Assembly (NCBI GenBank): GCA_022703055.1
Contig: JAKLEP010000002.1
Span: 160,480 to 224,479 of the forward strand
Direction: 5' to 3'
DNA length: 64,000 nucleotides
Source of the DNA: Candidatus Omnitrophota bacterium
GTDB lineage: Bacteria > Omnitrophota > Gorgyraeia > VGKH01
Below, one piece after another: positions 40,974 to 50,870 of the stretch. The notes below the pieces were generated by a model. It was not told where the DNA came from. It worked only from the letters and a program-made list of their open reading frames with translations, and searched no databases. Within the stretch, counting starts at the first letter, position 1, and every line of letters starts with the position of its first letter. The position numbers and the translations under genes were made by a program.

Positions 40974-42248
40974 TCACTTTAAAGAACTGAATCTATTGAT
41001 AGTCAGCCCGGAAAGAACCTTAGGATAAAAATACGTTGATTTTGGCGGCATTTTTTCTCCTCCGCCAGCTATCGCCCTGAGCTGATCGATCTTTACAGGA
41101 TTAAGTAGAAATACGGCCTCAGCCTTATTATCGTTAATCGTTTCAATTGCCGCGTCTTCATCCTTGATATATATAACATCTTTGTCTTTTATGTTTAATT
41201 TCTTGAAAATCACGTGTTGCAAGATGGAAACATCCAGGCTCTTCAATTCTTTTGAACCGGTCTCGATAAATTCATCCAAATTCGCCGAATTATTAAATCT
41301 CAACAGATAAAAATTCCCGCCTTTATATAAACCGTATGCGTGCTCGGCGAAACCTGCTTTCCTTAAAAGCGCGAATAACTCATACTTATCTTTGATTTTT
41401 TCTATGCTGAAATATCCCTGTAATGCACTTATATCGTTAGGTATTTTCTTGATTAGGCGGTGAATTGGCAGAATTTGCAAATCCTTGGCATTTAAATCGG
41501 TAAAGTATGTCATTATGTAGTTAAAATCTTCATTGCCAGTAAAGACTTTCTTCTTTTTTCTCATCAGATTGCAAAATTCCTGGCCGACCTCAAACCGGTG
41601 ATGGCCATCGGCAATATAGATACTCTTATCTTCCATGCATTTCTTCAATAAATCTATTGCCGCAGGATCTGATAGGCGCCAAATCTTAGTTCCTACCTTC
41701 TCTACATCATATACATCAATAATAGGCTGATTACCCAGAATATACTTATCAAAAATCCTTTTCATGATTCTATCGGTGTCGGAAAAAATGACGAAAATCG
41801 GGCTGGTATTGGCTTTTACTTTTTTGATAAGCTCAAGTCTGTTTTCCTTGGCAGCTAAATGAGTATTTTCATGAGGGAAAACCCCCGCCTTGGAAGAATG
41901 CTTTAATTTTAGCAATCCCAAAAATCCCAGCCGGCTTTTTCTCTCGCCCTTATAATAATATTCCTGAGAATAAAAATAGAAACATTTTTCCTTGTCTTCG
42001 CTTAAAATCCCGCTTTTTAGCCAACGGTCCAATGTCTTTTTGGCCCGTGAGAATTGATTATCCCTGGCGTTATCGCCCGCACTTTCCTTGTTAAGTTCTA
42101 TCCGGATAAAATTATAAGGGCTTCTTTTATAATACATTGATTGGTCTTTTTTGGAAATTACATCGTAGGGCGGACAATAAACCTTGGAAAGGTCTTTTAC
42201 TTTATCGTGATTATAAACCGTAGCTTTAAAAGGGCTTATTTCTGTCAT
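40974..42248 (-). CDS. DUF1015-family protein
   Basis: MTEISPFKATVYN...VYCPPYDVIS N-terminus and IADGHHRFE motif, as recalled for DUF1015. Start is set at Met19 of the track ORF (ATG 42248, ATGA overlap). Confidence 0.7.
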   Translation of the reverse strand: MTEISPFKATVYNHDKVKDLSKVYCPPYDVISKKDQSMYYKRSPYNFIRIELNKESAGDNARDNQFSRAKKTLDRWLKSGILSEDKEKCFYFYSQEYYYKGERKSRLGFLGLLKLKHSSKAGVFPHENTHLAAKENRLELIKKVKANTSPIFVIFSDTDRIMKRIFDKYILGNQPIIDVYDVEKVGTKIWRLSDPAAIDLLKKCMEDKSIYIADGHHRFEVGQEFCNLMRKKKKVFTGNEDFNYIMTYFTDLNAKDLQILPIHRLIKKIPNDISALQGYFSIEKIKDKYELFALLRKAGFAEHAYGLYKGGNFYLLRFNNSANLDEFIETGSKELKSLDVSILQHVIFKKLNIKDKDVIYIKDEDAAIETINDNKAEAVFLLNPVKIDQLRAIAGGGEKMPPKSTYFYPKVLSGLTINRFSSLK

Positions 42249-42604
42249 AGCAATAAATACACTCCTATCATTCCGCCGATAACATCGGCTAATAAATCCC
42301 AACCGGAACAGACTCTAGTAGAAACGAATAATTGATGGAGCTCATCCGAGGCTCCATAAAGGAAAATGATAGCCAATACTATAAGATATATTTTCTTATT
42401 ATTCAAGAGAGAATAAGAATTTTTTATTGCCCTAACTAAAAGCAAGCCGAATACGGCATATTCAGCTATATGGATTATTTTATCAATATGAGGAAAGCTT
42501 ATCGGCAAAGTCATAGCCGGAAGGCTAGACATATAAAAAATAAAACCTGCATACAAAATTACAGGTATCCAAAGCTTAAAAAAATTAGTTTTATTTATTC
42601 CCAT
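42245..42604 (-). CDS. VanZ-like family membrane protein
   Basis: 119 aa with 4 hydrophobic segments. DKIIHIAEYAVFGLLL and SDELHQLFVSTR...D.LAD motifs are typical of VanZ-like proteins. Confidence 0.7.
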   Translation of the reverse strand: MGINKTNFFKLWIPVILYAGFIFYMSSLPAMTLPISFPHIDKIIHIAEYAVFGLLLVRAIKNSYSLLNNKKIYLIVLAIIFLYGASDELHQLFVSTRVCSGWDLLADVIGGMIGVYLLL

Positions 42605-42851
42605 GAGGGCAATTTGAAGAAGGGCAGCTATGACAAGTTTTATCGGATTTTGATTTGCCTTCTTTTGATTTTTTGTAATCCGTAGCGTAAAAGCCTGAAC
42701 CTTTGAATATTATACCAGCCCCCGAACCGATAAGTCGTTTTAATTTTAATTTTTTACATTTGGGGCATTTCTTGATAGGCTCTTCGGTCATATTCTGGAA
42801 AATTTCGAAATTATGACCGCAGTTTAAACATTCGTATTCGTAAGTCGGCAT
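42591..42851 (-). CDS. FmdB-family zinc-ribbon protein
   Basis: MPTYEYECLNCGHNFEIFQNMTEEPIKKCPKCK is the canonical FmdB/CxxC-x-CxxC N-terminus; 86 aa. Confidence 0.8.
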   Translation of the reverse strand: MPTYEYECLNCGHNFEIFQNMTEEPIKKCPKCKKLKLKRLIGSGAGIIFKGSGFYATDYKKSKEGKSKSDKTCHSCPSSNCPHGNK

Positions 42852-42858
42852 ATCTCTC

Positions 42859-44007
42859 CTATTTAAATGCTCGTTTTATTTTTTCGGCAAACGTAGGATT
42901 GTCTATATCTTCGCCGGTTGAATTGGCGAATTCTTCTAAAATCCTTCTCTGCTCTGCCGTCAAATTTGTCGGGACTTCAATCTTGACCCTGATCAATTCA
43001 TCGCCTTGAGCATAGCCATGTAAATCAGGCATCCCCTTGCCGCGTATTCTGAAGATTTTCCCGCTTTGAGTTCCTGCAGGAACTTTCATTTTGATTTTGC
43101 CATCCAGCGTCGGGACTTCAACTTCGCCGCCTAAGGCTGCTTTGACAAAACTTATTCCTACTTCGGCATAAAGATCATTATCTTGCCTTTGAAAAACCGG
43201 ATGCTCTCTTACCCCGATGAGAAGGTACAAATCACCTTTACCGCCAACGCCCGATTCTCCCTCGCCTTTAATTCTAAGATGTGAATTATTATCGACCCCA
43301 GGAGGAATCTTAACTTGAATCTTGCGAGTAACTTTGACTCTGCCTTGACCCTGGCAATCTGGACAGGGTTGGGTGATTATTTTTCCCTCGCCGCCGCAAC
43401 GATTGCAGGTCTGGGCCATTTGAAAAAATCCGCTGGAAAATACCACCTGCCCCTGGCCTTTACATTGCGGGCAGATCTGTTTCTTAGTCCCCAGCTTAGC
43501 TCCCGAGCCGCCACAGGTATTGCATACCTCATATCTGGGGACTTTAATAGTCTTTTCAACGCCGTCGTGGGCTTCCTCTAAATCGATATCTAGTTCAAAC
43601 TGAATATCTCGGCCACGTCTCTGTCTGCCAGAGCTTCTTCTTCCGCCACCAAAGATATCAAATCCCAGATCTCCGAATATCTCATCAAATAATCCGCCGC
43701 CAAAACCGGCATCACCCATACTGCTAAAGATACTGGAAAAATCAGCACCTTTAAATATATCTTCATAGGTATATTTCTGGTCTATCCCGGAATGTCCATA
43801 TTGATCGTAAAGGGCTCTTTTCTGCGAGTCAGATAAGACTGCGTAGGCTTCGGAAATCTCTTTAAATTTTTCTTCCGCCTCTTTCTTCTTATCTTCGCTG
43901 ACTCTATCGGGATGAAATTGTAAGGCAAGACCACGATACGCCTTCTTGATATCTTCAAGCGAAGCGCTTTTCTGCACACCCAAAATTTCGTAATAATCGC
44001 GTTTCAT
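42859..44007 (-). CDS. dnaJ: Molecular chaperone DnaJ
   Basis: J-domain DYYEILGV...HPDR, a G/F-rich linker, and four CxxCxGxG zinc motifs; 382 aa. Confidence 0.97.
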   Translation of the reverse strand: MKRDYYEILGVQKSASLEDIKKAYRGLALQFHPDRVSEDKKKEAEEKFKEISEAYAVLSDSQKRALYDQYGHSGIDQKYTYEDIFKGADFSSIFSSMGDAGFGGGLFDEIFGDLGFDIFGGGRRSSGRQRRGRDIQFELDIDLEEAHDGVEKTIKVPRYEVCNTCGGSGAKLGTKKQICPQCKGQGQVVFSSGFFQMAQTCNRCGGEGKIITQPCPDCQGQGRVKVTRKIQVKIPPGVDNNSHLRIKGEGESGVGGKGDLYLLIGVREHPVFQRQDNDLYAEVGISFVKAALGGEVEVPTLDGKIKMKVPAGTQSGKIFRIRGKGMPDLHGYAQGDELIRVKIEVPTNLTAEQRRILEEFANSTGEDIDNPTFAEKIKRAFK

Positions 44008-44020
44008 ATGATTAATCTAA

Positions 44021-44081
44021 AAGCAAAAAGGAAAAAGTCAAAAGTAAAAAGTTTTTAAACCCGCGACTTTTTCCTTTTTGC
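44021..44081 (-). promoter_or_regulatory. Perfect 18-bp inverted repeat (stem-loop) in the dnaK-dnaJ intercistronic spacer
   Basis: AGCAAAAAGGAAAAAGTC (44021..44038) and GACTTTTTCCTTTTTGCT (44064..44081) are exact reverse complements separated by 25 nt. The repeat fills most of the 84-nt gap. Confidence 0.6.
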
Positions 44082-44091
44082 TCTTCAAGCT

Positions 44092-45990
44092 TTATTTGCT
44101 CTTGTCTTTATCGTCATCCTCAACGGTATAATCCGCGTCGACGATATCTTCTTTTGCAGCCGGACCTTTTTGTTCTTGCGATTGTTGCGGTCCTTGCTGA
44201 TTAGGTCCTTGAGGACCAGCTTGCGCCTTTTGCTTGGCTGCAGACTGTTTATAAATCTCCTCAGCCAACTTATGAGCAGCTTTAGTTAAATCCTCCATGC
44301 CTTTTTTGATTCTTTCGATGCTCTTGTCTTTAACCGCTGTCTTTAAATCATTAAGTTTGGCCTCGATATCTGCGCGCTCGGATTGAGATACCTTATCACC
44401 ATAATCCTTCAATGACTTTTCCGTGGCATAGATAAGATTATCCGCCTGATTAATTTGGTCAACTTCTTCTTTTCTCTTGGAATCTGCGGAAGCGAATTTC
44501 TCGGCGTCTCTGACCATCTTATCGATTTCTTCTTTGGAAAGTTTTTTCGGCGCAGTAATTTTAATTGACTGCTCTTTGCCGGTCCCTAAATCCTTGGCAT
44601 GGACATGCACGATGCCGTTTGCGTCAATATCAAAAGCTACCTCGATCTGAGGTATGCCCCGCGGCGCTGCTGGAATACCGACTAAATCAAATCTACCTAA
44701 TTCCACGTTATCTTCAGCCATTGACCTCTCACCCTGCAGAACGCGGATCGTTACCGCAGTCTGATTATCGGCCGCAGTCGAAAAAACCTGGCTCTTCTTT
44801 GTGGGGATAGTCGTATTTCTCTCGATAAGCTTTGTACTGACTCCGCCCAATGTTTCTATACCTAGAGACAAAGGCGTGACATCGAGCAATAAGACATCCT
44901 TCATGTCGCCTTTAATGATCGCCGCCTGGATTGCCGCGCCTAAAGCCACGCATTCCATGGGATCAATACCGCGCTCGATTTTCTTACCGACGTAATCCTC
45001 GACAAATTTCTGCACGATAGGCATTCTTGTCGGACCACCGACCATGATTACACGGTCGATTTCGCTGGCTGATAACTTTGCATCTGAAAGCGCCTGCTCC
45101 ATGGGATGCTTACATCTGTTAATGATAGGCCCAACCAACTCTTCAAGTTTTGCTCGGTTGATTGACATGGTAAGATGTTTTGGGCCAGTGGAATCAGCAG
45201 TAATAAAGGGAAGATTGATATCCGTAGTCAAGGTGCTGGAGAGTTCAACCTTTGCCTTTTCTGCTGCCTCGCGGACGCGCTGTATCGCCATCTTGTCATT
45301 TTTCAAATCGATCCCGGTTTGGCGATTAAATTCCTTGGTGATGTAATCAATCAACATATTGTCCATATCGGTTCCGCCGAGCTGAGTGTCGCCGGATGTA
45401 GATTTGACCTGAAAAACGCCTTGAGCCATTTCCATGATCGTGACATCCAGCGTTCCGCCACCGAGATCAAAAACCATAATCTTTTGTTCCTTCTGCGATT
45501 TCTCCAAACCGTAAGCTAAACATGCGGCAGTAGGTTCGTTGATGATACGCAACACCTTTAATCCGGCTATCTCGCCTGCATCTTTAGTAGCAGTTCTCTG
45601 GTTGTCATCAAAATATGCCGGGCAGGTGATTACTACCTCTTCGACCTTATCGCCAAGATAGGCTTCGGCATCCTGCTTAATCTTCTGCAAAATGAATGCA
45701 GAGATCTGCTGCGGCGTATATTCTTTGCCATGGGCTTTGAATTTGAAATCCGAGCCCATTTTGCGTTTTGCCGCCTGGATTGTGCCTTCAGCATTAATGG
45801 CTGCCTGGCGCCTTGCCGGCTCTCCGACCAAGCGCTGTCCATCTTTAGTAAAAGCCACATAAGACGGGAAGGCCTTGCCGCTTGATACACCCGCGCCTTC
45901 GGCTGACGGGATAATCACTGGACGACCACCTTCCATAACCGCTGCTGCTGAGTTTGAAGTTCCCAAATCAATTCCTATTACTTTTGCCAT
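44092..45990 (-). CDS. dnaK: Molecular chaperone DnaK (Hsp70)
   Basis: [24 protein letters not shown]-like [11 protein letters not shown] motifs; 632 aa. Confidence 0.98.
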   Translation of the reverse strand: MAKVIGIDLGTSNSAAAVMEGGRPVIIPSAEGAGVSSGKAFPSYVAFTKDGQRLVGEPARRQAAINAEGTIQAAKRKMGSDFKFKAHGKEYTPQQISAFILQKIKQDAEAYLGDKVEEVVITCPAYFDDNQRTATKDAGEIAGLKVLRIINEPTAACLAYGLEKSQKEQKIMVFDLGGGTLDVTIMEMAQGVFQVKSTSGDTQLGGTDMDNMLIDYITKEFNRQTGIDLKNDKMAIQRVREAAEKAKVELSSTLTTDINLPFITADSTGPKHLTMSINRAKLEELVGPIINRCKHPMEQALSDAKLSASEIDRVIMVGGPTRMPIVQKFVEDYVGKKIERGIDPMECVALGAAIQAAIIKGDMKDVLLLDVTPLSLGIETLGGVSTKLIERNTTIPTKKSQVFSTAADNQTAVTIRVLQGERSMAEDNVELGRFDLVGIPAAPRGIPQIEVAFDIDANGIVHVHAKDLGTGKEQSIKITAPKKLSKEEIDKMVRDAEKFASADSKRKEEVDQINQADNLIYATEKSLKDYGDKVSQSERADIEAKLNDLKTAVKDKSIERIKKGMEDLTKAAHKLAEEIYKQSAAKQKAQAGPQGPNQQGPQQSQEQKGPAAKEDIVDADYTVEDDDKDKSK

Positions 45991-45991
45991 G

Positions 45992-46558
45992 TTAACCTCC
46001 TTGTTTCTTTTTTGTCGCTACTTTGACTTTTGAAGTCCGTATTACTCTATCCTCTAAAGTATATCCTTTTTGAAACTCCTCAATTATAATGCCATCATCA
46101 AATTTATCCGACTCTTCCTGCATTAAAGCTTCGTGAAGGTGCGGATCGAATTTTTTCCCATTTGCTTCAATGGGTTTAACGCCGTTTTTCTTAAGCATCT
46201 CATAAAGATGCGCCAGAATCATCTCAATACCTTTTAAAAAAGCCATTGGGTCTTCGTGTTTGGTTTGTGCGGCTTCGACCGAACGCTCCAAGTCATCCAA
46301 CACACCCAAAAGCTCCAAGATGATATCTTCGTTGGCGAATTTGGTAAATTCGAATTTTTCTTTCTCCATGCGCTTCTTGGCGTTATCGAATTCTGCCTGA
46401 AGCCTCAAGATTCTTTCCCAGTATTCATTTGCTTTAGCTGCGTCTTCTCGAAGTTTCTTTAATTCGCTTTCCTTAATCTGGACCATCTCGTCTTTGGCCT
46501 CTTGCTGCTCTTGCTGTTTATGTTCTTTATCTATTTTCGACATATGCTTAAAAATCAT
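45992..46558 (-). CDS. grpE: Nucleotide exchange factor GrpE
   Basis: Coiled-coil N-terminus, [12 protein letters not shown], and a C-terminal beta domain ([10 protein letters not shown]...[16 protein letters not shown]). An alternative start at ATG 46543 lies just after the hrcA stop. Confidence 0.9.
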   Translation of the reverse strand: MIFKHMSKIDKEHKQQEQQEAKDEMVQIKESELKKLREDAAKANEYWERILRLQAEFDNAKKRMEKEKFEFTKFANEDIILELLGVLDDLERSVEAAQTKHEDPMAFLKGIEMILAHLYEMLKKNGVKPIEANGKKFDPHLHEALMQEESDKFDDGIIIEEFQKGYTLEDRVIRTSKVKVATKKKQGG

Positions 46559-47288
46559 TTAATATATCGCTAATTAATTCCGAAAGATAATCAACCGCTG
46601 AAATAACCTTGGCATACTGCATTCTCTTCGGGCCCAAAACCGCGACTCTGCCGGTCGGCTTATTCTTATAGCTGTAGCTGGATACCACCAAAGAACAATC
46701 ATTTATTTCATTACAATGAATTTCGCTTCCGATAAATACCGCTATCTTCCTATCCAGTTCTTGATTGATAATATCAATCAGCTTTTGCTTTTCCTCGAGG
46801 AGCCTTAATATCTGCCTTATCTTCTCGATATTGCCGAATTCCGGCTGGTCTAACATGAAACTGGCACCTTTATAAAAAAGCCGGTCATGAAGCTGCGGAA
46901 AATAAACTAGGCCAGTGCAATGGGTAAAATCCGAAAGAACATCGGAAGTCGTATCGAGCAATCTTTCAAGTTCCTTAATATTTTTTCTGTATTCAGCATC
47001 GATACGGCTTCTCTCATCTTCCAGAAGCTTCATCTTCTTCATCAGGTAATTTACGTAGTAGCGATAGCCTTTTTCCGTAGGAACTCTGCCAGCCGAAGTA
47101 TGCGGATGCGTCAGGAATCCTAATTCTTCCAGCTCTGACAAAACATTCCTGATCGTGGCCGTGCTTAGATCAAAAGCATAATCCTTAGCCAACGCTTCAG
47201 AACTTACCGGCGCTGCTTTTTCGATATAAGTATCGATTGCCGCAGCTAAAATCTCATTTTTTCTTGATTCAAAATCAGTCTGTCTCAT
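46548..47288 (-). CDS. hrcA: Heat-inducible transcription repressor HrcA (short, 246 aa)
   Basis: N-terminal winged helix ([11 protein letters not shown]...[38 protein letters not shown]). It is first in an hrcA-grpE-dnaK-dnaJ arrangement, with CIRCE elements upstream. Confidence 0.85.
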   Translation of the reverse strand: MRQTDFESRKNEILAAAIDTYIEKAAPVSSEALAKDYAFDLSTATIRNVLSELEELGFLTHPHTSAGRVPTEKGYRYYVNYLMKKMKLLEDERSRIDAEYRKNIKELERLLDTTSDVLSDFTHCTGLVYFPQLHDRLFYKGASFMLDQPEFGNIEKIRQILRLLEEKQKLIDIINQELDRKIAVFIGSEIHCNEINDCSLVVSSYSYKNKPTGRVAVLGPKRMQYAKVISAVDYLSELISDILNDF

Positions 47289-47304
47289 AATGTTAACCCC
47301 CGAT

Positions 47305-47332
47305 TAGCAATCTATTTGGAAGGAATGCTAAG
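47305..47332 (-). promoter_or_regulatory. Degenerate CIRCE-like inverted repeat in the hrcA 5' leader
   Basis: TTAGCAATC-N10-GAATGCTAA. The arms match each other at 8 of 9 positions, and the spacer is 10 nt rather than 9. It lies 17 nt upstream of the hrcA ATG. Confidence 0.5.
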
Positions 47333-47372
47333 GAAGTATTTTAACATATAATATTTCTTTGTCAATATATTA

Positions 47373-47399
47373 TTAGCACTAAGCTAGCAAGAGTGCTAA
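47373..47399 (-). promoter_or_regulatory. CIRCE operator (HrcA binding site)
   Basis: TTAGCACTA-AGCTAGCAA-GAGTGCTAA against the consensus TTAGCACTC-N9-GAGTGCTAA, with one arm mismatch. A TTGACA hexamer (47360..47365 on the minus strand) lies between the two CIRCE elements. Confidence 0.9.
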
Positions 47400-47415
47400 T
47401 TTCAGGGCAAAAAAA

Positions 47416-47691
47416 TTATTTTTCCATTTCTAAAACAAACTTAATTGCACTAATATTTACATGCCTGTCTTCCATCAAATAATGTATATATTCAAGTTTC
47501 TGAATCTGAACCATTGAATAACAACGCGTCTTTTTGCCAATACGCTTTGGTTTGATTATACCCTTCTTCTCTAATTCACGTAGGGTCCAGACTGGAATAT
47601 GGCAAATCTTGCTGGCAATGCTTATAACATACACCGGCTCGTCAGGATCTATCTGGACTTTCATTTTATTTGCATCTTGCGGCTTATCCAT
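47416..47691 (-). CDS. MerR-family transcriptional regulator, HspR-like
   Basis: 91 aa. VYVISIASKICHIPVWTLRELEKKGIIKPKRIGKKTRCYSMVQIQKLEYIHYL is a MerR-type HTH in the pattern of HspR-like heat-shock repressors. GGGGG SD 5 nt upstream of the ATG. Confidence 0.7.
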   Translation of the reverse strand: MDKPQDANKMKVQIDPDEPVYVISIASKICHIPVWTLRELEKKGIIKPKRIGKKTRCYSMVQIQKLEYIHYLMEDRHVNISAIKFVLEMEK

Positions 47692-47715
47692 TTCAACCCC
47701 CTACTTCCAGATAAA

Positions 47716-47744
47716 AATATAGCATATCTTAATAATATTGTCAA
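47716..47744 (-). promoter_or_regulatory. Sigma-70-type promoter for the HspR-like gene
   Basis: The minus strand reads TTGACA (47744..47739), a 17-nt spacer, then TATATT (47721..47716), about 25 nt upstream of ATG 47691. The dyad ATATCTT-N12-AAGATAT (47724..47749) overlaps the -35 hexamer and spacer. Confidence 0.65.
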
Positions 47745-47787
47745 GATATATTTACAAAAATTATTAGATATTATAACAGTGAATATT

Positions 47788-47827
47788 AAATAAAAGAGCC
47801 GCACTGACTTTCCAGTCAGGGCGGCTC
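47788..47827 (-). terminator. Rho-independent terminator ending the pilin/giant-protein/paralog unit
   Basis: The minus strand reads GAGCCGCCCTGAC-TGGAAA-GTCAGTGCGGCTC followed by TTTTATTT: a 12-bp stem with one mismatch, beginning 50 nt after the stop at 47877. Confidence 0.8.
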
Positions 47828-47876
47828 CTAGACCTAAAATGGTCTATATTACAGCAGAAACTATGTTTATACTATT

Positions 47877-49310
47877 TTACTGTACAAAACACCTACAGGA
47901 TTCGCATTCACTGCAATTAAGCCATGTGCTGCTTGTCTGAATCCAATAATAGTCATAGTTTTGAGCGGATGCGTATCCAGTACATGAAGTACCGACCTTC
48001 TGGGTACAATATGAAGTTGTGTAATTGAAACCTAATAACTTACAGAATTGCTGGCAATCATCGCCGCCGTTATCTCCTCTATAACCAACGATATCATATT
48101 CTCCGCCCGTTCCATCTCGTATATGAGGATTAGATAAATCGACATAAGCTATGCTGCCACTAAATCCTCTAGCGCAATTGGCATATGAGGCTCTTTCATC
48201 TTCGAGCGCAGTGTTGGTCTCGTTTACCCAGACACTTCTAGGAGGACACCAAGCAGGACAATCTGTTCCATCTGCTTTACATAATTTCTTATTATTCTCT
48301 TCTATTGTACCGGTAACATCCAATTTAACATTGGGAGTTGTGTTTCCGATACCCACATTACCACCGTTAATATATGAGGTACCTGCCGGATCAAGTTTAA
48401 TATTTGCCGACATGGTCGGGAATCCGCTACCGATATCAGCATAACTCTTGACAACATCTCCTAATGAAATAGAACCATCCAACCATAAACGATAATTAGA
48501 ACCATATTGGCCATCCGGGCCTAAATACATCATGGTGTATTTAGCGCCGTCATTGACATTCTCATGCGTCCAGCCGAATCCCCAGCCGCTGTTGTCGGCG
48601 ATCAATCTTGAATCGACAACATAAGGATAGATTGCGCCCAGGCGTCCTGATTTGACATAAGTAGTATCAAAAGCGCCAAGCGAAAGAAGGTTGGTTTCAT
48701 AGTTAGAGCCGCCAAGTTGCAATCTAGCCAAAGGACTTGCAGTCCCCACTCCTATTTTATTAGCACCCGGCAAAATTAGGTCTCCTGTTCCTGTCTTTAG
48801 ATACATCAACCAACCAATTTCATCAGGAGAATACCAACCAAAGGCATAATTGACTGATGGCTTGGACATGAACCAATATCTTAATGCAGAAGGAACTTCG
48901 AATTTTAGCTGGTCCATGCTCCTGGTAAGCACCAAGTTATCGGTGAACCGGCCTCCTCCTGTAACATCTAATTTATATGATGGACTGGTTGTTCCAACTC
49001 CCACATTAGAACCAGTCTGATAGACTACAGAATTACCAAGAGTGCTTGTGCCTGTAAATATAGGAAAGTAATTTGTAGTTCCGCTTCCGCCGATTCCTGA
49101 AGCAGCAGAAGTCTGCCAAGTGGCAAGACCGGTAGCATCTGAGGTAAGCACCTTACCGGCACCGGGAGAACCTCCTTTAATCGTTATCTGGCCGTTGACC
49201 GTGACACTTTGCGCGGTTATCGGGCCGTCGACGACTTGCAGTTCGGCGAATGCATTGACATAAAAACCTAAACCTACTACTACGGCTAGCACTATTAGTA
49301 ACTTTTTCAT
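47877..49310 (-). CDS. Secreted fibre-like protein, paralog 2 (variable Cys-rich C-terminal domain)
   Basis: Signal peptide MKKLLIVLAVVVGLGFYVNAFA, ITIKGGSPGAGKVLTSDATGLATWQ, a repeated (N/K)(V/I)G(V/I)G(T/N)(T/A)(S/T)P..(K/R)L(D/Q)(V/L) motif, and a C-terminal 140 aa with 13 Cys; 477 aa. Confidence 0.6.
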   Translation of the reverse strand: MKKLLIVLAVVVGLGFYVNAFAELQVVDGPITAQSVTVNGQITIKGGSPGAGKVLTSDATGLATWQTSAASGIGGSGTTNYFPIFTGTSTLGNSVVYQTGSNVGVGTTSPSYKLDVTGGGRFTDNLVLTRSMDQLKFEVPSALRYWFMSKPSVNYAFGWYSPDEIGWLMYLKTGTGDLILPGANKIGVGTASPLARLQLGGSNYETNLLSLGAFDTTYVKSGRLGAIYPYVVDSRLIADNSGWGFGWTHENVNDGAKYTMMYLGPDGQYGSNYRLWLDGSISLGDVVKSYADIGSGFPTMSANIKLDPAGTSYINGGNVGIGNTTPNVKLDVTGTIEENNKKLCKADGTDCPAWCPPRSVWVNETNTALEDERASYANCARGFSGSIAYVDLSNPHIRDGTGGEYDIVGYRGDNGGDDCQQFCKLLGFNYTTSYCTQKVGTSCTGYASAQNYDYYWIQTSSTWLNCSECESCRCFVQ

Positions 49311-49338
49311 TTTAGTACCTCCATATCTTTTTGCTTAA

Positions 49339-49367
49339 CTTATATCAAATTATTCTAATAATTGCAA
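49339..49367 (-). promoter_or_regulatory. Candidate internal sigma-70-like promoter upstream of paralog 2
   Basis: The minus strand reads TTGCAA, 17 nt, then TATAAG in the 99-nt gap between the paralogs. AT-rich context, so it could be fortuitous. Confidence 0.3.
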
Positions 49368-49409
49368 ATAATTATAAAGACGTTTTGTTTTGTTTTTATT
49401 TATCACCTT

Positions 49410-50870
49410 CTATTGCTTAGTTATCACATCATGATGATAAGCACAACTTGCCGTTTCTCCTCTGCATTGAGTTCCTGAACTATAATACCTTGTAAAATGG
49501 CAGGTTGAGCTAGTTGTAATTTGCCCCTGACAAGTCTCCCCTGGATTTATTCCGCAATAACAATAGTACGTATCATTGCTATTGCATGGGCTATTGCATT
49601 GATAATATTTTGTCATTATGATACTATCACCACTCTTAAGGACATAAGCTCCATTAGACTTGATATCACCATTTACATCAAGCTTAACAGTCGGGCTTGC
49701 TGTCCCTACACCGACATTAGTTGATGTTACTGTCAATGGAGCAGCACCACTACCGGCCTGAACATGCAGTTTCTGACTAGAACTATCCACTCTTAAAACT
49801 GCATCACCGGCTACAGCACTGGTAGAATATTGCCCAGATGCCGCAGCTATAGCTAATCTTGCTTCTGAAGCTGTACGGCCAAGTCCTATGTCCGTACGAC
49901 TTGTGCCGGCTCCGCTGAGCACCGACAATGCTTCAGCATCAGGACTTACTACTGTAAGTTTTTTACTGGGCGCGCTTGTTCCAATGCCTACATTACCTCC
50001 AGTAAAATATGAAGTACCGGCGGGGTCAAGCTTAACCGTCGGTGTCATAGTTGGGAATCCGGTTCCTATATCAGCATAGCTTTTAGCAATATCGCCCAAT
50101 GAAATAGCGCCATCTAACCATAAACGATAATTGGCACCAAATTGGCCATTCGGCCCTAAATACATCATTGAATACTTATCACCCGTAGTAACATTCTCAT
50201 GAGTCCATCCAAACCCCCAGCCGCTTTCATCAGCAATTAATCGTGTGTCTATGACATAGGGATAGATTGCGCCTAAGCGTCCTGCCTTGACATAAGTTGT
50301 ATCAAATCCACCAAGCAGGAGAAGATTATTTTCGTAGTTAGAGTTGCCTAGCTGTAGCTTTCCTAATGGACTGGTGTTACCAACACCGATATTATCGGCA
50401 AAATAATTGGCGGTCCCGCCGTAGCCCCAGCTAAAATATGAGCCAGTATACCAAAGGGCTTCAGCGTCATTAACTCTTAGGGCAACACCCGTTAATCCTT
50501 TATTAAGGTTGAGCGGACCGGCAATATCAAGTTTATAGGCTGGAGAAGTTGTGCCAATACCAACATTGGTTCCGCTCTGATAAACCGCAGAATTTCCTAT
50601 AGAAGTTGTACCGCTAAATATAGGAAAATAATTTGTAGTACCGCTTCCGCCAATACTGCCAGAGGAAGGCGACTGCCAAGTAGCAAGGCCGGTTGAATCC
50701 GAAGTAAGCACCTTGCCGCTACCGGGAGAACCTCCTTTAATCGTTATCTGGCCGTTGACCGTGACACTTGCCGCGGTTATCGGGCCGTCGACAACTTGCA
50801 GTTCGGCGAATGCATTTGCATAAAAACCTAAACCTACTATTACGGCTAGCACTATTAGTAACTTTTTCAT
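49410..50870 (-). CDS. Secreted fibre-like protein, paralog 1 (different Cys-rich C-terminal domain)
   Basis: Signal peptide MKKLLIVLAVIVGLGFYANAFA. The first roughly 60 aa are nearly identical to paralog 2, and it has the same repeated VGIGT.P..KL motif (4 copies). The C-terminal 70 aa contain 10 Cys; 486 aa. Confidence 0.6.
   Translation of the reverse strand: MKKLLIVLAVIVGLGFYANAFAELQVVDGPITAASVTVNGQITIKGGSPGSGKVLTSDSTGLATWQSPSSGSIGGSGTTNYFPIFSGTTSIGNSAVYQSGTNVGIGTTSPAYKLDIAGPLNLNKGLTGVALRVNDAEALWYTGSYFSWGYGGTANYFADNIGVGNTSPLGKLQLGNSNYENNLLLLGGFDTTYVKAGRLGAIYPYVIDTRLIADESGWGFGWTHENVTTGDKYSMMYLGPNGQFGANYRLWLDGAISLGDIAKSYADIGTGFPTMTPTVKLDPAGTSYFTGGNVGIGTSAPSKKLTVVSPDAEALSVLSGAGTSRTDIGLGRTASEARLAIAAASGQYSTSAVAGDAVLRVDSSSQKLHVQAGSGAAPLTVTSTNVGVGTASPTVKLDVNGDIKSNGAYVLKSGDSIIMTKYYQCNSPCNSNDTYYCYCGINPGETCQGQITTSSTCHFTRYYSSGTQCRGETASCAYHHDVITKQ

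Noticed and set aside
47877-50870. Tail-fibre-like motifs considered as evidence of a prophage
   Set aside because: No capsid, terminase, portal, baseplate, integrase or lysis genes occur anywhere in the window. Both proteins have Sec-type signal peptides and sit in a chromosomal operon.
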